From NCBI GenBank assembly GCA_951406725.2, contig OX597831.1, positions 31,992,001 to 32,056,000 on the forward strand: a stretch of 64,000 nucleotides of DNA, in the 5' to 3' direction. A model generated the notes under the pieces. That model saw nothing but the letters and a program-made list of their open reading frames with translations, had not been told where the DNA came from and ran no database searches. A program made the translations under genes and the position numbers. The stretch comes from Octopus vulgaris (lineage: Eukaryota). This document shows, piece after piece, positions 24,256-36,372 of the stretch (the stretch's first letter is position 1; each line of letters starts with the position of its first letter).

Positions 24256-27079
24256 CAAATACATACCTATGTAGATGATATATATATACCATATATATAT
24301 ACCATATATATACATACACACATATATGTTCATATATAGTTATATGTATACAGACACACAGATATATGTAAATATGAGTAGGATAAAAACAGAAAAGTAT
24401 AAATCCCATATGTAGTACATATTTTAAGTGTGCTAAACAGCTGTTTCCTTAGGATAAACGTTATTCATTTCATGATTATGTAATTACGATACATAATATT
24501 AATTAAATTAAAGCTCTCTCAAAGTTGGGTTTACTTAAGTCGTCAGGAATGTTCTGTTGTGTTAATTAGAAAACTGGTATTGAATACAATTATAATATGA
24601 AGTAGATGCAAAAGTTATGCTTTTCTGTTTCTGTTCAAAATATGCTGCTTCTACAGATAGTTTAACCAATTATGTAAATACAACTGGTCCCACTTGGATT
24701 TACTGCAATGTAATAACTTGTTGGAGTTTAATGACCTGTCATTAACCCAGCTCTTAATTACAAGGAATTTATTTTCTGAAGTTTATACATAAATTTTGTA
24801 TATGGGTATATATATATATATATATATATATATGTAAGCACACACAAATCTTGATATATGTATATGTGTGTATATATGTGTATATGTATGTATATATATA
24901 TATGTATATATACATATATATATAAAACTATATGGAAACATATAAATGCTATTCTTTTCAAAAACATTTTACATACATTCATGCAGATAGAAAAGTGAAG
25001 GAGGTGTTTAATAATTCTTCAATTTTTTGGGGAAAAAAATCATCAAAAGAATTTTTCTTTTTTAAACTCATTTTTTTTCTTTTTCCCCTAAACTCATTCC
25101 ATTTTTTTTCCTTTTAAACTCATTTGTTTTTTCTTTTTCCTTTAAGCTCATTCTTTTTTTTTTCTTTTAAACTACCCATGCAGAAGTTTCTTGAAAGACA
25201 AGTGTTTAGAAAATACAGAAATTTTGGAAAATTTTGACAGTTATCTCTTTAACTGGTTCCAGCCATCAGGCTTTTGTTTTACCATATTTGAAGTTCTGTT
25301 AACATATTTATTTGTATTTCTTTTTTTTTCTATTTTTATTTGGTACTTTACCTGTTAGTGCTCATGAATTAGAATTTTCAACAAAATAATAATGATAATG
25401 AAAATGATAATGATAATAATTAAAGAAATTAATAATAATAACTAAATAAATACAAATATATATATTTTCCAGATTTCAAATAATTTAGGGAATTTAGTTA
25501 AATTCAGCCAAATTCATAATGAAAATAATTAGAAAAATTAATATTTCAGAAAATTTGGCAGAAATGGTCGCAATAAAACATAAAAAGCTTGTTTACATTA
25601 TGTTATTCACATATATATGTATGTATGTGTGTATGTATATATAAATCTGTGTATGTAGGCATATATAATATACACACATACACATACACAATTCACATAT
25701 ATAAAAGTGTGTGGTTGTGTGTGTGTACATATATATATATATATATATTTGAAACACATACATGAATTGCTGGGTTTTGAAACATCTTCCTATAATTTCC
25801 TGATCATACTGTCACCCATGCTATATGTTGTTATTTTTCCCATCTCAAATTTTTCACATACACTCTCATATAGACATATATACAATGTTGTATGATAGTT
25901 TTCAAGTGTGAATATAATAGTACATGTATTGGTGCATATATATATACACACACATACACACATATATACACACTTATATATTATTTATGAAGAACTACCA
26001 GTGATATAATGTAAATGGTTTGTCCTTAAATTTGTGACTTTTTGTCAGTTACTATCTACTAGTCATTTGTGAGTGAGAATTTAATGGCATCATTGATTAG
26101 AATTTGTTAAGGAACAGTTTACACATAACCTCTTGCCAAGCATTCACTTTAGTTTTACCAAAGCAAGTTTGTTATGCCCAGTCAGAGCAGGAAACAAACT
26201 TTCTGGAAGTCTTTTCCTACCCAGCAACAGAATGTGAAGAAGTACTAATAGCTAAACCTCTGAAATGTGTGAAAGAAAAATGGAGTATAAAATGAGTCTT
26301 TATAGCATGTATATATGTTAAGTGTAGGAAATAATGATATTGATTAAATATGTGTATAGATATTAATGCCTGAGGAGTTATCTTCTATACAAAAAGCCAA
26401 GTGACTTATTTTGTTCATTAACTTCTGTTTTATTGTTTCCTTTTAGGAATTTGAAAAGGGAAAGTAGTGGCTGTGCTGAGAGAAGTGGAAGAGTGGGAAA
26501 GGAAATTTTCATCTAGAAAAGTGGATTAGGTAAATAGAAGGGAAACTGACTTAAAGTGAGGGTAGAAATAAAAAGAGAGGGAACTATGTATGTATGTATG
26601 TATATATATATATATAAACACACATATAGAGAGAGAGATGGAAAGAGAGAGGAGGGGAGGAAAAAATGAAGTATGTTAGTGAGAATGAGAGAGGGGATGA
26701 CAGCATGAGAGTGAAGTGAAGAGCTGACTTTTCAAATATACAACAGGCAATTTCAGGTCAAACAGAAGTAGGATTTCTCATAAAGAAACTGTTTGGTTTT
26801 AAATTGTAGAAAGAAGGTAATTATTATCACAAGATGTCAATGGTTGATGTGAATTAGAGAGAATTGCTGCAAAATGAACAGAAACAAAAAGAAGCTGAAG
26901 TAAAAAGATAAAAATAATTGAAAGAAGACAAAATGAAACACATAAAGAAAATGAAGGAAGGCTTGAAGCAGAAAAATTAAGAATTACTGAAATGAAAATA
27001 GTTAAACCCTGTCATTTTTGACAGTTACTACACTAATGTACTCATATAGAGGCATATATAGTCTATTATACTTATATAC

Positions 27080-27274
27080 AGACAATTGAGAAGGTATGTA
27101 TATACAGATGTAAACTGTTCAGGAAGTATGTATATAGATGTGAACATTTGAGGAAATATACATATATAGATGAATGGTTATAGAAATATGTATATAGAGG
27201 TGAACTGTTGTAGATGTTTATATAGATGTGAACAATTGAAGAGGTATGAATATAGATATGAACAGTTAATGAGG

Positions 27275-27305
<31 letters not shown>

Positions 27306-27430
27306 ATTTATATGAATGAAAGTGTGAACAATCGAAGTATATGTACAGATGGGGACAATTGAAAAATTGTTTATATAGATGTGAATAGTTGCAGAAGTAT
27401 GCATATGAATGTAAATATCTGAAGTGTATA
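27080..27430. repeat. Diverged minisatellite, about 30-bp unit (TATATAGATGTGAACAGTTGAGGAAGTATG-like), about 10 copies
   Basis: Recurring TAGATGTGAAC; an orphan unit lies near 27908. Confidence 0.8.
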
Positions 27431-27623
27431 TATACATACATACACATGCATATACACACACATATATATATGTATACATACATACATACATACATACATA
27501 CATACATACATACATACATACATACATACATACATACACGAGTGAGTGAACAAAGAAAAGAAAGTAGCACTCAACACATTTGGTTGAAGTTACATGCATT
27601 TAACAACAGTTTGTCTCAGTTCC

Positions 27624-27675
27624 ACATAACTTGAAGTTTTGTGGGTGAGTAGAACACTTCCATCTCATCAGATGT
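27624..27675 (-). ncRNA. Decayed hammerhead motif
   Basis: Minus strand ACAT-CTGATGA-GATGG...CCCAC-AAAA-CTTCAAG-TT-ATGT; core G12 replaced by A. Confidence 0.55.
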
Positions 27676-28129
27676 TCCAAGGCTGAATTTCTCATGGGAT
27701 GGATGTATCCTACATACTCATGAAGTCACGTGGAGTTGAATCAAATTATTATTAAAGATGTGTGTGTGAATAAAATTGAAGAATTTTGTATACATTCGCA
27801 AAAAACTTTATAAGGTGAGAGAAGGTGCTGTCTGGAAGTGTTCAAAAGACTGAACCTCTCTGAATTACCATGATAAGAAAATTGTGGTAGCCTGGAATCT
27901 TTCTGCCTAGATGTGAACAGTTGAGGAACTATGTATTTACTACTACAACTACTACTAATAAGAATGGTCATTTCTGACATCGGCACAAACTCATAAAGTT
28001 GTAGAGGAAGTGTATAGTTAACTGAATGGACCCTCCCTGGTATATTTACAGTCCATATTTTATTGAACCAAGGGGGATGAAAGGGAATAAATACAGTAAG
28101 GATAATGATGATGGTGTTGGTGATGATGG

Positions 28130-28171
<42 letters not shown>

Positions 28172-30666
28172 CGATGGTTTCTTACAATGACACAAACTCT
28201 CAGAAACTGAAATGCACAGAAGGGAAAATGTGGGGCTGTGACACGCATACTTATCGAAAACAACTACAAACACATATAAAAAAGGAGAGTTTAAGTATGG
28301 AAATTAGTGATTCTCTGGTGCAGGATTTATTTCAGACAATGTTGGCACCAATATTTAATTCAACAAACAAAGTAGCACCATGGTGGGGCGGGGTGGGTGT
28401 TGGACAAGAAGAAACACTGAAATATGATAACAATGGTGATGATGATGATGATGATGATGTTACTGCTGCTGCTGTTAATGATGATAATGCTGTGTTGATG
28501 AGGATGATGGGTCAGTAGGAACAAATGGTTGTGAAAAATGTACTTCACAGATGTTAGAATCATTTCCAAAAGTCTTAATGTCACACTTGTCTCTTAACTT
28601 CAGCATCACAAAGTATACATCCATACAAATGCATGTGAGTGTATATGTATATATATATATATATATATACACACACATACATATATATATACACAGACAC
28701 ATGTACACACACACATATTGCTAAAGTAGTTGAGTTTACATCAATATAAGGATGAACCATTTCCACCATTTCCTAAGATTTTAGAGAGAGAGGGGGAGGG
28801 AGAAAAAGAGATAGGGGGAAGGAGAGAGAGAGAAAGAGTCTAAGGAATGCCACATGTGACATTATCAATGCGAATCATATCAGCTAAGATTCACCATCAG
28901 CTCCACCACAACTAATATCATCATCATCATCATCATCATAATTACACCTGTTCTTTGATGCTGGCATGGGCTGGACATGTATATAAATATATATACTTGT
29001 GTGTGTGTGTGCATGTGTGTGTAAGGCTATAGAATGGCAGAGAAAGTACTCAATACCTGATGTAGAGTATATTTATTCATTCAAAGCTGAAGATTCTGTC
29101 ACTACTTCATCTCACTCATGGTAGTACATTCATGCATTACTCTTGTCACATCATCATATCCTACAATATCTAGAAACTTAGAATAGTGGTGTAGTGAATA
29201 ATATGCTAAATATGTGTACACATACACACACAAATAGATAGACAGACAGACAGACAAACAGGTAGACAGACAGGTAGACAAACAGATATAAAATTGTAGA
29301 AATTGAAGGGTAAACTTCTCTATTATGACATTGAGTTTCCTGTTTTGCTTCTTCAAGTAGTTTCTTCTACTTGAAGAAATGAAAGCTGAAACAGAATCAT
29401 AATAATAATAATAATTTCAGCTTCCATACATATCACATTACTCTATTTCTTGCATTGAGTACTTTTTGTCATGTTTGTATGCACTTAAGTTTACTCCATT
29501 ATAACATATGTATAAATACATGTTTATATATATGTGTGTGTGTATGTGTTTGTATAATTGAAAAGGAAATCAGTCATAGAAGCCAAAACGGTTTTAACCA
29601 AATAAATGAATAAATAAATATGGATATTTGAGACAAGATTTTGGAATCAAATGAAAACCATATAAGAAAATCATTCTCACAGAAACAGATGCAAATTCTC
29701 ATAGAGACAGATGGTGAATTTATTCTAATATAAAATATCCAACAACAACAACAAAATCAATACTAGGATAAATTTCAAAAGTCTTTCTGGGCTTTTGCCT
29801 TCATTTACCCTATGTTTCTCCCAATAACACCCCATCACCAATGTTTTGTTGTTGCAATCTCTAATATATTCAATTGATGAGAGAAATTTTTTTGGTTGTA
29901 CATAAATGCCCTTTCTTCACTCCCTTTTGTGTGTTCTGGTCATACTATAATACAACTGCTTATAGGTGACAGCTGTTTATAGCAAGGTTTCATAGGCACC
30001 TATTTCTTTCTGTACCAGCTCAAGAAGCAAGTCATTGCAGAAACATCCAGATGACCCAGAGAGTTGTATGTATATATGCATATTCTCCTTATATATTTTT
30101 TTATATTTGTATATTTGAAATACACACTGGTCATAGCTTTAGTTAATTTCTACTGTCAGTGACTAAATGCCTTGATTAGATGTGCTGTTCACGAGACTTT
30201 AGTTGTTGCACACACATAAACATATACTTACACACACACATTTCATAATATTTCTATAGACTCACTGCATTACTGTTTAATCAACATAAAACCTCACAAT
30301 TAAAACTTGACCAAAGGACGGATGTGTGTGTGTGTGTGCGTGTGTGTGTGTAAAAATAGCAGAAGTGGGTTAAGAGTCATGAATATATAATGAAACACTT
30401 GATGGGTTGATGTTATCATTGTAAACATTCTCTGCATCCTCCTCATGTTCCTCCTCCTCTTTATGATGACCACTGACACCAATACCACCACCACCACCAT
30501 CTTTATCATTACTACCACTACAGCTGCTATTACAACCATCACTACCACCATCAATTTTACAAGACATCATTCCTGAACAATAACAGTCCACAATATAAAC
30601 TGCATTTCAAGAGAATTTTCTTGGGAACATATTAATGAGTGGTGGTGATTAGTAGTGGTCATGTAG

Positions 30667-30945
30667 TGAAGGCGTGTGGCATAGTGGTTAGAGTATTTGG
30701 CTCCCAATCATAAGGTCATAAGATCGATTCCTAGTAGAGCATTGTGTCCTTGAGTATTGCCCCAGTCCCCTCAGCTGGCAAAAATACAATTGTACCTGTA
30801 ATTCAAAGGGCCAGCCTTGTCACATTCAGTGTTATGCTTAATCTTCCTTAGAACTATATTAAGGGTATATGTGTCTGTGAAGTGCTCCTAAACAGGCTGT
30901 TCTGTTGATTGGATCAACAGAAATACTTGTTGTCTTAAACAACAG
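30667..30945 (+). mobile_element. tRNA-headed SINE (family F)
   Basis: A-box TGGCATAGTGG and B-box-like GATCGATTCC; a diverged minus copy lies near 43040-43240. Confidence 0.75.
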
Positions 30946-31376
30946 AGTGCCAATGGTCATGTGTGGGGGTGGTTCACTTTCTTTATTTCTTTGGGGTTTT
31001 TTTTCCTCTCCAAATTTTAACTTTTTTCTTTTTGTTATTTTACCATTTCGTGCTGCACAGTGACACGTTAATCCACCTTTGGAAAATCCCGAGTAGCTTA
31101 TTGAGCATTTCAACAGAAAAAGATTGCTAGCCCCTATTTAGCAACCTCTGCTCATATAAAAACTGGAAAAAGGGATTTTGTGAAGAGGTCTCTTGTGACC
31201 TTTCCCACAGTGCAACATAACCATTTCAGAGAGAGAGAGAGAAAGAGAAGAAATGAATTTAAAATCCAGTGGACAGAATTGAAGCAGCATTAAATTAAAG
31301 TAGTCCTGTTTGTATCATACTTAATGTATAGACACTGAGGTTTTCATCTGAGATAAAATCTCTTCAGTATATGCAA

Positions 31377-31666
31377 TTATTTACATGATGGATATTTGTC
31401 CTCATCTTTTTTGTTGTTAACACGTTTCGGCTGATATACCCTCCAGCCTTCATCAGGTGTCTTGGGGAAATTTCGAACCTGGGTTCTCATTCCTAAGGTA
31501 TTTTTCGAGGTTGTTGTTGTTATTATTATTATTATTATTAATATTATTATTATTATTCAGGTCACTGCTTGGAATCAAACTCAGAATCTTAACCAATATG
31601 CCAGATGCTGTGATTAAGAGTGCGGGCTACTAACCCCAAGATTCCGAGTTCGATTTCAGGCAGTGA

Positions 31667-31714
<48 letters not shown>

Positions 31715-31863
31715 CAACAACAACAACATCGAAAAATACTTTAGGAATGAGAACCCAGGTTCGAAATTTCTCCAAGACACCTGATGAAGGCTGGAGGGTA
31801 TATCAGCTGAAATGTTGTGTTAACAACAAAGATGAGGACAAATATCCGTCAAATGTAAATAAT
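31377..31863. mobile_element. Inverted pair of tRNA-headed, hammerhead-containing units (Penelope/retrozyme-like)
   Basis: Arms 31377-31590 and 31638-31863; tRNA-like segment 31600-31670 with GAGTTCGATT B-box; hammerhead motifs at 31419-31461 (-) and 31776-31821 (+). Confidence 0.88.
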
Positions 31864-32008
31864 GTAAACAATTGATTAAGGTTGTTCACTCATTTTCAAA
31901 CTACCGAGAAATAGCTAAATTAGCCCTGTTTATATATTTGCTATACAGGTTACATATATTATATCATAGCTTGTGAGGACTTAGATCTTTGTTGATAGGC
32001 CCCTAATA

Positions 32009-32226
32009 TTAACCCTTTAATGTTCAGATTACTCTGTTAAATGTAATGCCTTTTCACTTAAATTGTTTTGAACTAATTATGCATTATCGCATAGCTTTGA
32101 GGTTTCGATGATGTGACTGTTTATTTTTAGAATCTTAATGTAGGTTACATGTGAGAGGCTAGTTCAAATATAAAACATGTAGAATATTTGGGCTGGATAT
32201 GGCTAGTTTAAACACTAAAGGATTAA
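32009..32226. mobile_element. piggyBac-like MITE
   Basis: TTAA-CCCTTTA ... TAAAGGA-TTAA termini; a partial reverse copy lies at about 10430-10630. Confidence 0.75.
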
Positions 32227-33470
32227 ATAAAGTATTAACCCTTACAATATGCAACTTGGTGGCCCTACTTTCCTGTAGTTTCTGAAACTGTCGAGTATAT
32301 AAACAGATTGGCTACTGACTTCTTGGGGACTGGTCAAATTGATGGAGATGCCAATAATATTTGAGAATCAATTAAATTTGTTCATAATTTTTTCAATCTA
32401 TGACGAATTTAATTGAATTTAATACTTAACTAGCACTTTATTAATATCAATTCTAGAAGGAGGAAAAGCAAAGGTAACCTCAGCAAGATTTGAACCAAAG
32501 CAAATACCACAAGGCATCATGCGATCAGGCTTTCTATCAACTCCGCCAATTCACCACCTTTTAGTGCCAAATTGCTGAAGAAGGCTAAAGGCTGCATTGT
32601 TGTAGAAAGACAAGCTGGTGGTCGGGTTGGTAGTGAGGGTGGTGCTCTTGTTGTTAGAGGTAGTACTAGTGTTGGTATTAGTGTTGCTGGTGGTGGTGTT
32701 GGTGGTGGTGGTGTTGGTGATGATAACATCAATGATAGTGAATAAGGAGTAAAATTATAATCTACTTTGGTGAGAATTTAATAGACATGTGACAAAAAAA
32801 GAAAAAAAGACAAAACGCCAAATGGAAATAAATTGCATGAAACACACACACACACAGACACAGACACACACACACAGACACACAGACACACATACACACA
32901 CGCAAACACACACACAAAGGTCCTGTTTCTCTCTTTTTTAAATAAAAAAGAAAAAAGTAACACCATTTTTAATATCTCTGTAACAGACGCAGCAAAAAAA
33001 AGAAAAACAAAAAGAAAAAGAAGGGTCAGAAAATATATTTTGGCAACATTAAATTTAATTTAGATTTTTTGCTTATTTTAAAAAATAAAAAAAATTTCTA
33101 ATGTATTTTAAAATTTTGTTTATTAGTGTTTTAAAATAGTTTGTTTAAACTTTAAACAAACTGGTTTAATATATTAACCATACTTAAAAACAAATATTTG
33201 TTTTGTTAAATTTAAATATGTTAAATAAATTAAACCAGTTTTTAAAAAATTTTATTTTAATTTATTTTTCATTTGACTTCCTTTTACCAGTTTATCTACT
33301 TCTAGATGTTGGTATATGAAGAATTCTTGAAACTCAATGAGAAATGCTTTTATAAGCAACCATTTCCTATTAAACAATAACAACAACAACAACAACAACA
33401 ACAAGAACACACACGATAAAAATACATGATATTGTAATTTAAAAATGAACCAAAAATAATAAAATCATAC

Positions 33471-33502
<32 letters not shown>

Positions 33503-33718
33503 GCATTTGTGTATAAGTGTAGTGCTTATATATATATATATATAATTTGGTTTATGACAGAGAGTAAGAGTGGAGTGCTCAATACGTATTGCAGAATATG
33601 TATTTACTTTGTATTGGATCAAAAACTGAAAGCTTTTCTCATGAATCCAGTCTTTACCTAAAGACTGTGTTGGCATGAGTCTTGTGTTGCAAGATAAACT
33701 CTCAGTTTTAATGTCAAT

Positions 33719-33750
<32 letters not shown>

Positions 33751-33794
33751 AAGTGTATTTGTGTGTTTGTGTGTGTAAGTTTGTACATATAATG

Positions 33795-34369
33795 AGGTTC
33801 AAGGACTGCCTCAGAATTGCTCTGACACAGACAGGAACTTCAGTTGTTGATTGGGAGAGGGAGGCATAAGACTGAGATGGATGGTGGATGGAGGAAGAGG
33901 GTGCATGGTAGTTGTTCGAGGTTTGAGGGGAAACAGTACGAAGCACGAGAAGATTAGGAGAAGGCTTAGAAGGAATGAACCCGTGAAGAACAAGAGACTG
34001 TTGATTTTTGTGTGTGTGGTTTGTGAGAGGAGGTGCTCGAGTCATGCAGGCCTGGTCTGCCATCAGAGAACTCACAGGAATCGACCCGTGGTAAATTGTG
34101 ACTCGGCTGTTGTTCACGACAGAACATGTGCAACATGTGGAAAGGTGTGCCTCTCAGTTGGAAAACTGAAAAGACACGTCAAAAGAGTTCATACTGTGGC
34201 ACCTGTACCTTCTGCCTGCCAGCACAGCTGTGCATTATGCAACAGAATGTGCAAAACATTTGCTGGACTCTAGAGTCATGCAAAGGCCTCACACTGCATC
34301 AACATTGACTCATTTCAATGTTTCTTTCTAGCAATGGCTTTGGTCGTATATGACAAAGCAGCTAAGATG
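33795..34369 (+). pseudogene. RTE-clade LINE 3' end carrying three C2H2 zinc fingers, decayed
   Basis: Upstream frame RFKDCLRIALTQTGTSVVDWEREA*D*DGW is an RTE motif; then CVVC..HQRTH, CATC..HVKRVH and CALC..L*SHAKASH; stops and a frameshift present. Confidence 0.75.
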
Positions 34370-34575
34370 TCTGTATGTATGTTTATACACACACACATAT
34401 ATACATATAAGATAAATATATAGGGTAGCGAATATTCGTTATAAATATTAACACCAGTGGCCTAGCATGTATAAATAGTCAATAGACAACATATTCATAT
34501 TTTAAAATAGTGTACATTTAAACATAAAAGAAAACTACCCTTTAACAGGTAATTTTTACATGCTAGAAACAGCAG

Positions 34576-34645
<70 letters not shown>

Positions 34646-35011
34646 TGTCTCCATTCTCAGTTTATATCCATATATCATGCTAGCATGGGTTGGATAACTT
34701 TAACATTGTTTTGCCAGTTGTGGTCCTTTGTCTTCTATCGCACACAGCGAGAGAGAAAATTGCCAATATGTGTATGTGAGAGCCTCTGTGTGTGTATGGA
34801 TGTTGTACATGTCTGCTGAGTACTCTGCTAAGAGTGTGTATTAAAACTGAAGAGTCAGTTTGGCTACTTAAGAATCTTTTACATTTATTTCTAAATAATG
34901 CTATATTTTATGGAATGTTGGAATTTTGTCACACTTGTGCAACCTGATCACTGACACAATTTTACTGAGCTATATATATACACACACATATATATAAAAA
35001 CATTGCCTTTG

Positions 35012-35043
<32 letters not shown>

Positions 35044-36038
35044 GATAGATATATAGATAAACAGATAGACCTAAAGGCAATGTTTTCTTATATTTCTTCA
35101 ATGTTTCAGAATGATAAAACATTGGTTCTTAGAATAACATACGACCAGTTGGTTGTCATGGCAATATCACAATCATGGACAATGTAGACACACCCTTACT
35201 CACAAACACATCAATAAACACACACACATGCATACATACATATATGTATACATATACAACCTTAAATATACATTTGCTGTATATGGAAAGATATCAATGT
35301 TTGTGTGTTTAATGTGTGTGCATGTGTGTATATATATAAACACACACACACATTTTACATCAACATTAAAACTTATCTGCCCTTAGGTCACATGCACTAA
35401 TATTTATACACATGGTCCCATGTGGTTAAATAATAACAAAAGATAATACATATAAACACACAACTAGAAAACACACACACACATGTATACACTCAGAGAT
35501 AAACATACATACATACATATATACAAATACACATACATACACATATATACATCTCATTGAAATTCAGTTTTATGCATTTGGTGAAGGGTATCCTTAAGGA
35601 GGGTTGGTTTTGATAAATGCAACGATGGTGTATGTATGCATGTGCTGAAACTTTGAAGTCACTGTCAACTGTTTCCTGCTATGAATTAACAAATATTTAT
35701 TCTTCTAAGAAGTATTGAGTAAGTCCATTGTGTTCAAGTGAAAGCATGTGGTCTTGTGTTAGGAAGATCATGCTTTCAGTTCCTGTATCAGGTAGTGTAT
35801 TGTCCTCTTGAGCAAAACACTTCACCTCACAGATGGCACACCTGTGCACCTGTACAGGTAGCATCAGTTGGATAGAGGGAGTGAGCTAATGTACAACATA
35901 AAGATTTAGTCGTTATAAACAAGTCATCTGTGCAGGTCATTCACCAAAATATTGCCAAACCACTATCTGTTGCTTCTGACAGGAAAGTCCATCATATATA
36001 CATACATATATATAAATACACACACACACACACATGGA

Positions 36039-36075
<37 letters not shown>

Positions 36076-36085
36076 ATATATATTT

Positions 36086-36372
36086 AAATATACAGATATA
36101 GAAATATTTTATTCTCAAATGCACAATGCTGAATAGCATAAAAAGGACAGAACATCCTTATATTGCAGAAAAATTTGTTAGCGGCCATGTGTGTGTGTGT
36201 TTGCATGTTTATGTTTTGTTATTATTTAATCACATGGGACCATGTGTATAAATTTGTTGCCTGACTGAACAAATTTTCTGCAATATAAGGATGTTCTATT
36301 CTATTTATGCTATTCTGCGGTATTATTATTATTCTGAGTTTCAGAATAAAATATTTCCATATCTGGATATTT
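36086..36372. repeat. Inverted repeat, about 95-bp diverged arms
   Basis: AGAACATCCTTATATTGCAGAAAA pairs with TTTTCTGCAATATAAGGATGTTCT; outer GAAATATTTTATTCT pairs with AGAATAAAATATTTC. Confidence 0.8.

Noticed and set aside
17400-24900. Dozens of YIYI/THTH/VCVC ORFs, plus poly-I/N/L/M/H ORFs elsewhere
   Set aside because: Translations of (TA)n, (CA)n, (AAT)n and (GAT)n microsatellites, not genes
27080-27430. CRISPR array
   Set aside because: Eukaryotic context, degenerate contiguous units, no unique spacers and no cas genes
31600-31670. Genuine tRNA gene (also the SINE heads at 323, 16735, 30667 and 62785)
   Set aside because: No complete cloverleaf or acceptor stem; part of repeated elements
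33851-34273. Functional host C2H2 zinc-finger gene
   Set aside because: Preceded by RTE motifs with stops and a frameshift, has a TAG inside finger 3, and lacks canonical linkers; better explained as a LINE relic
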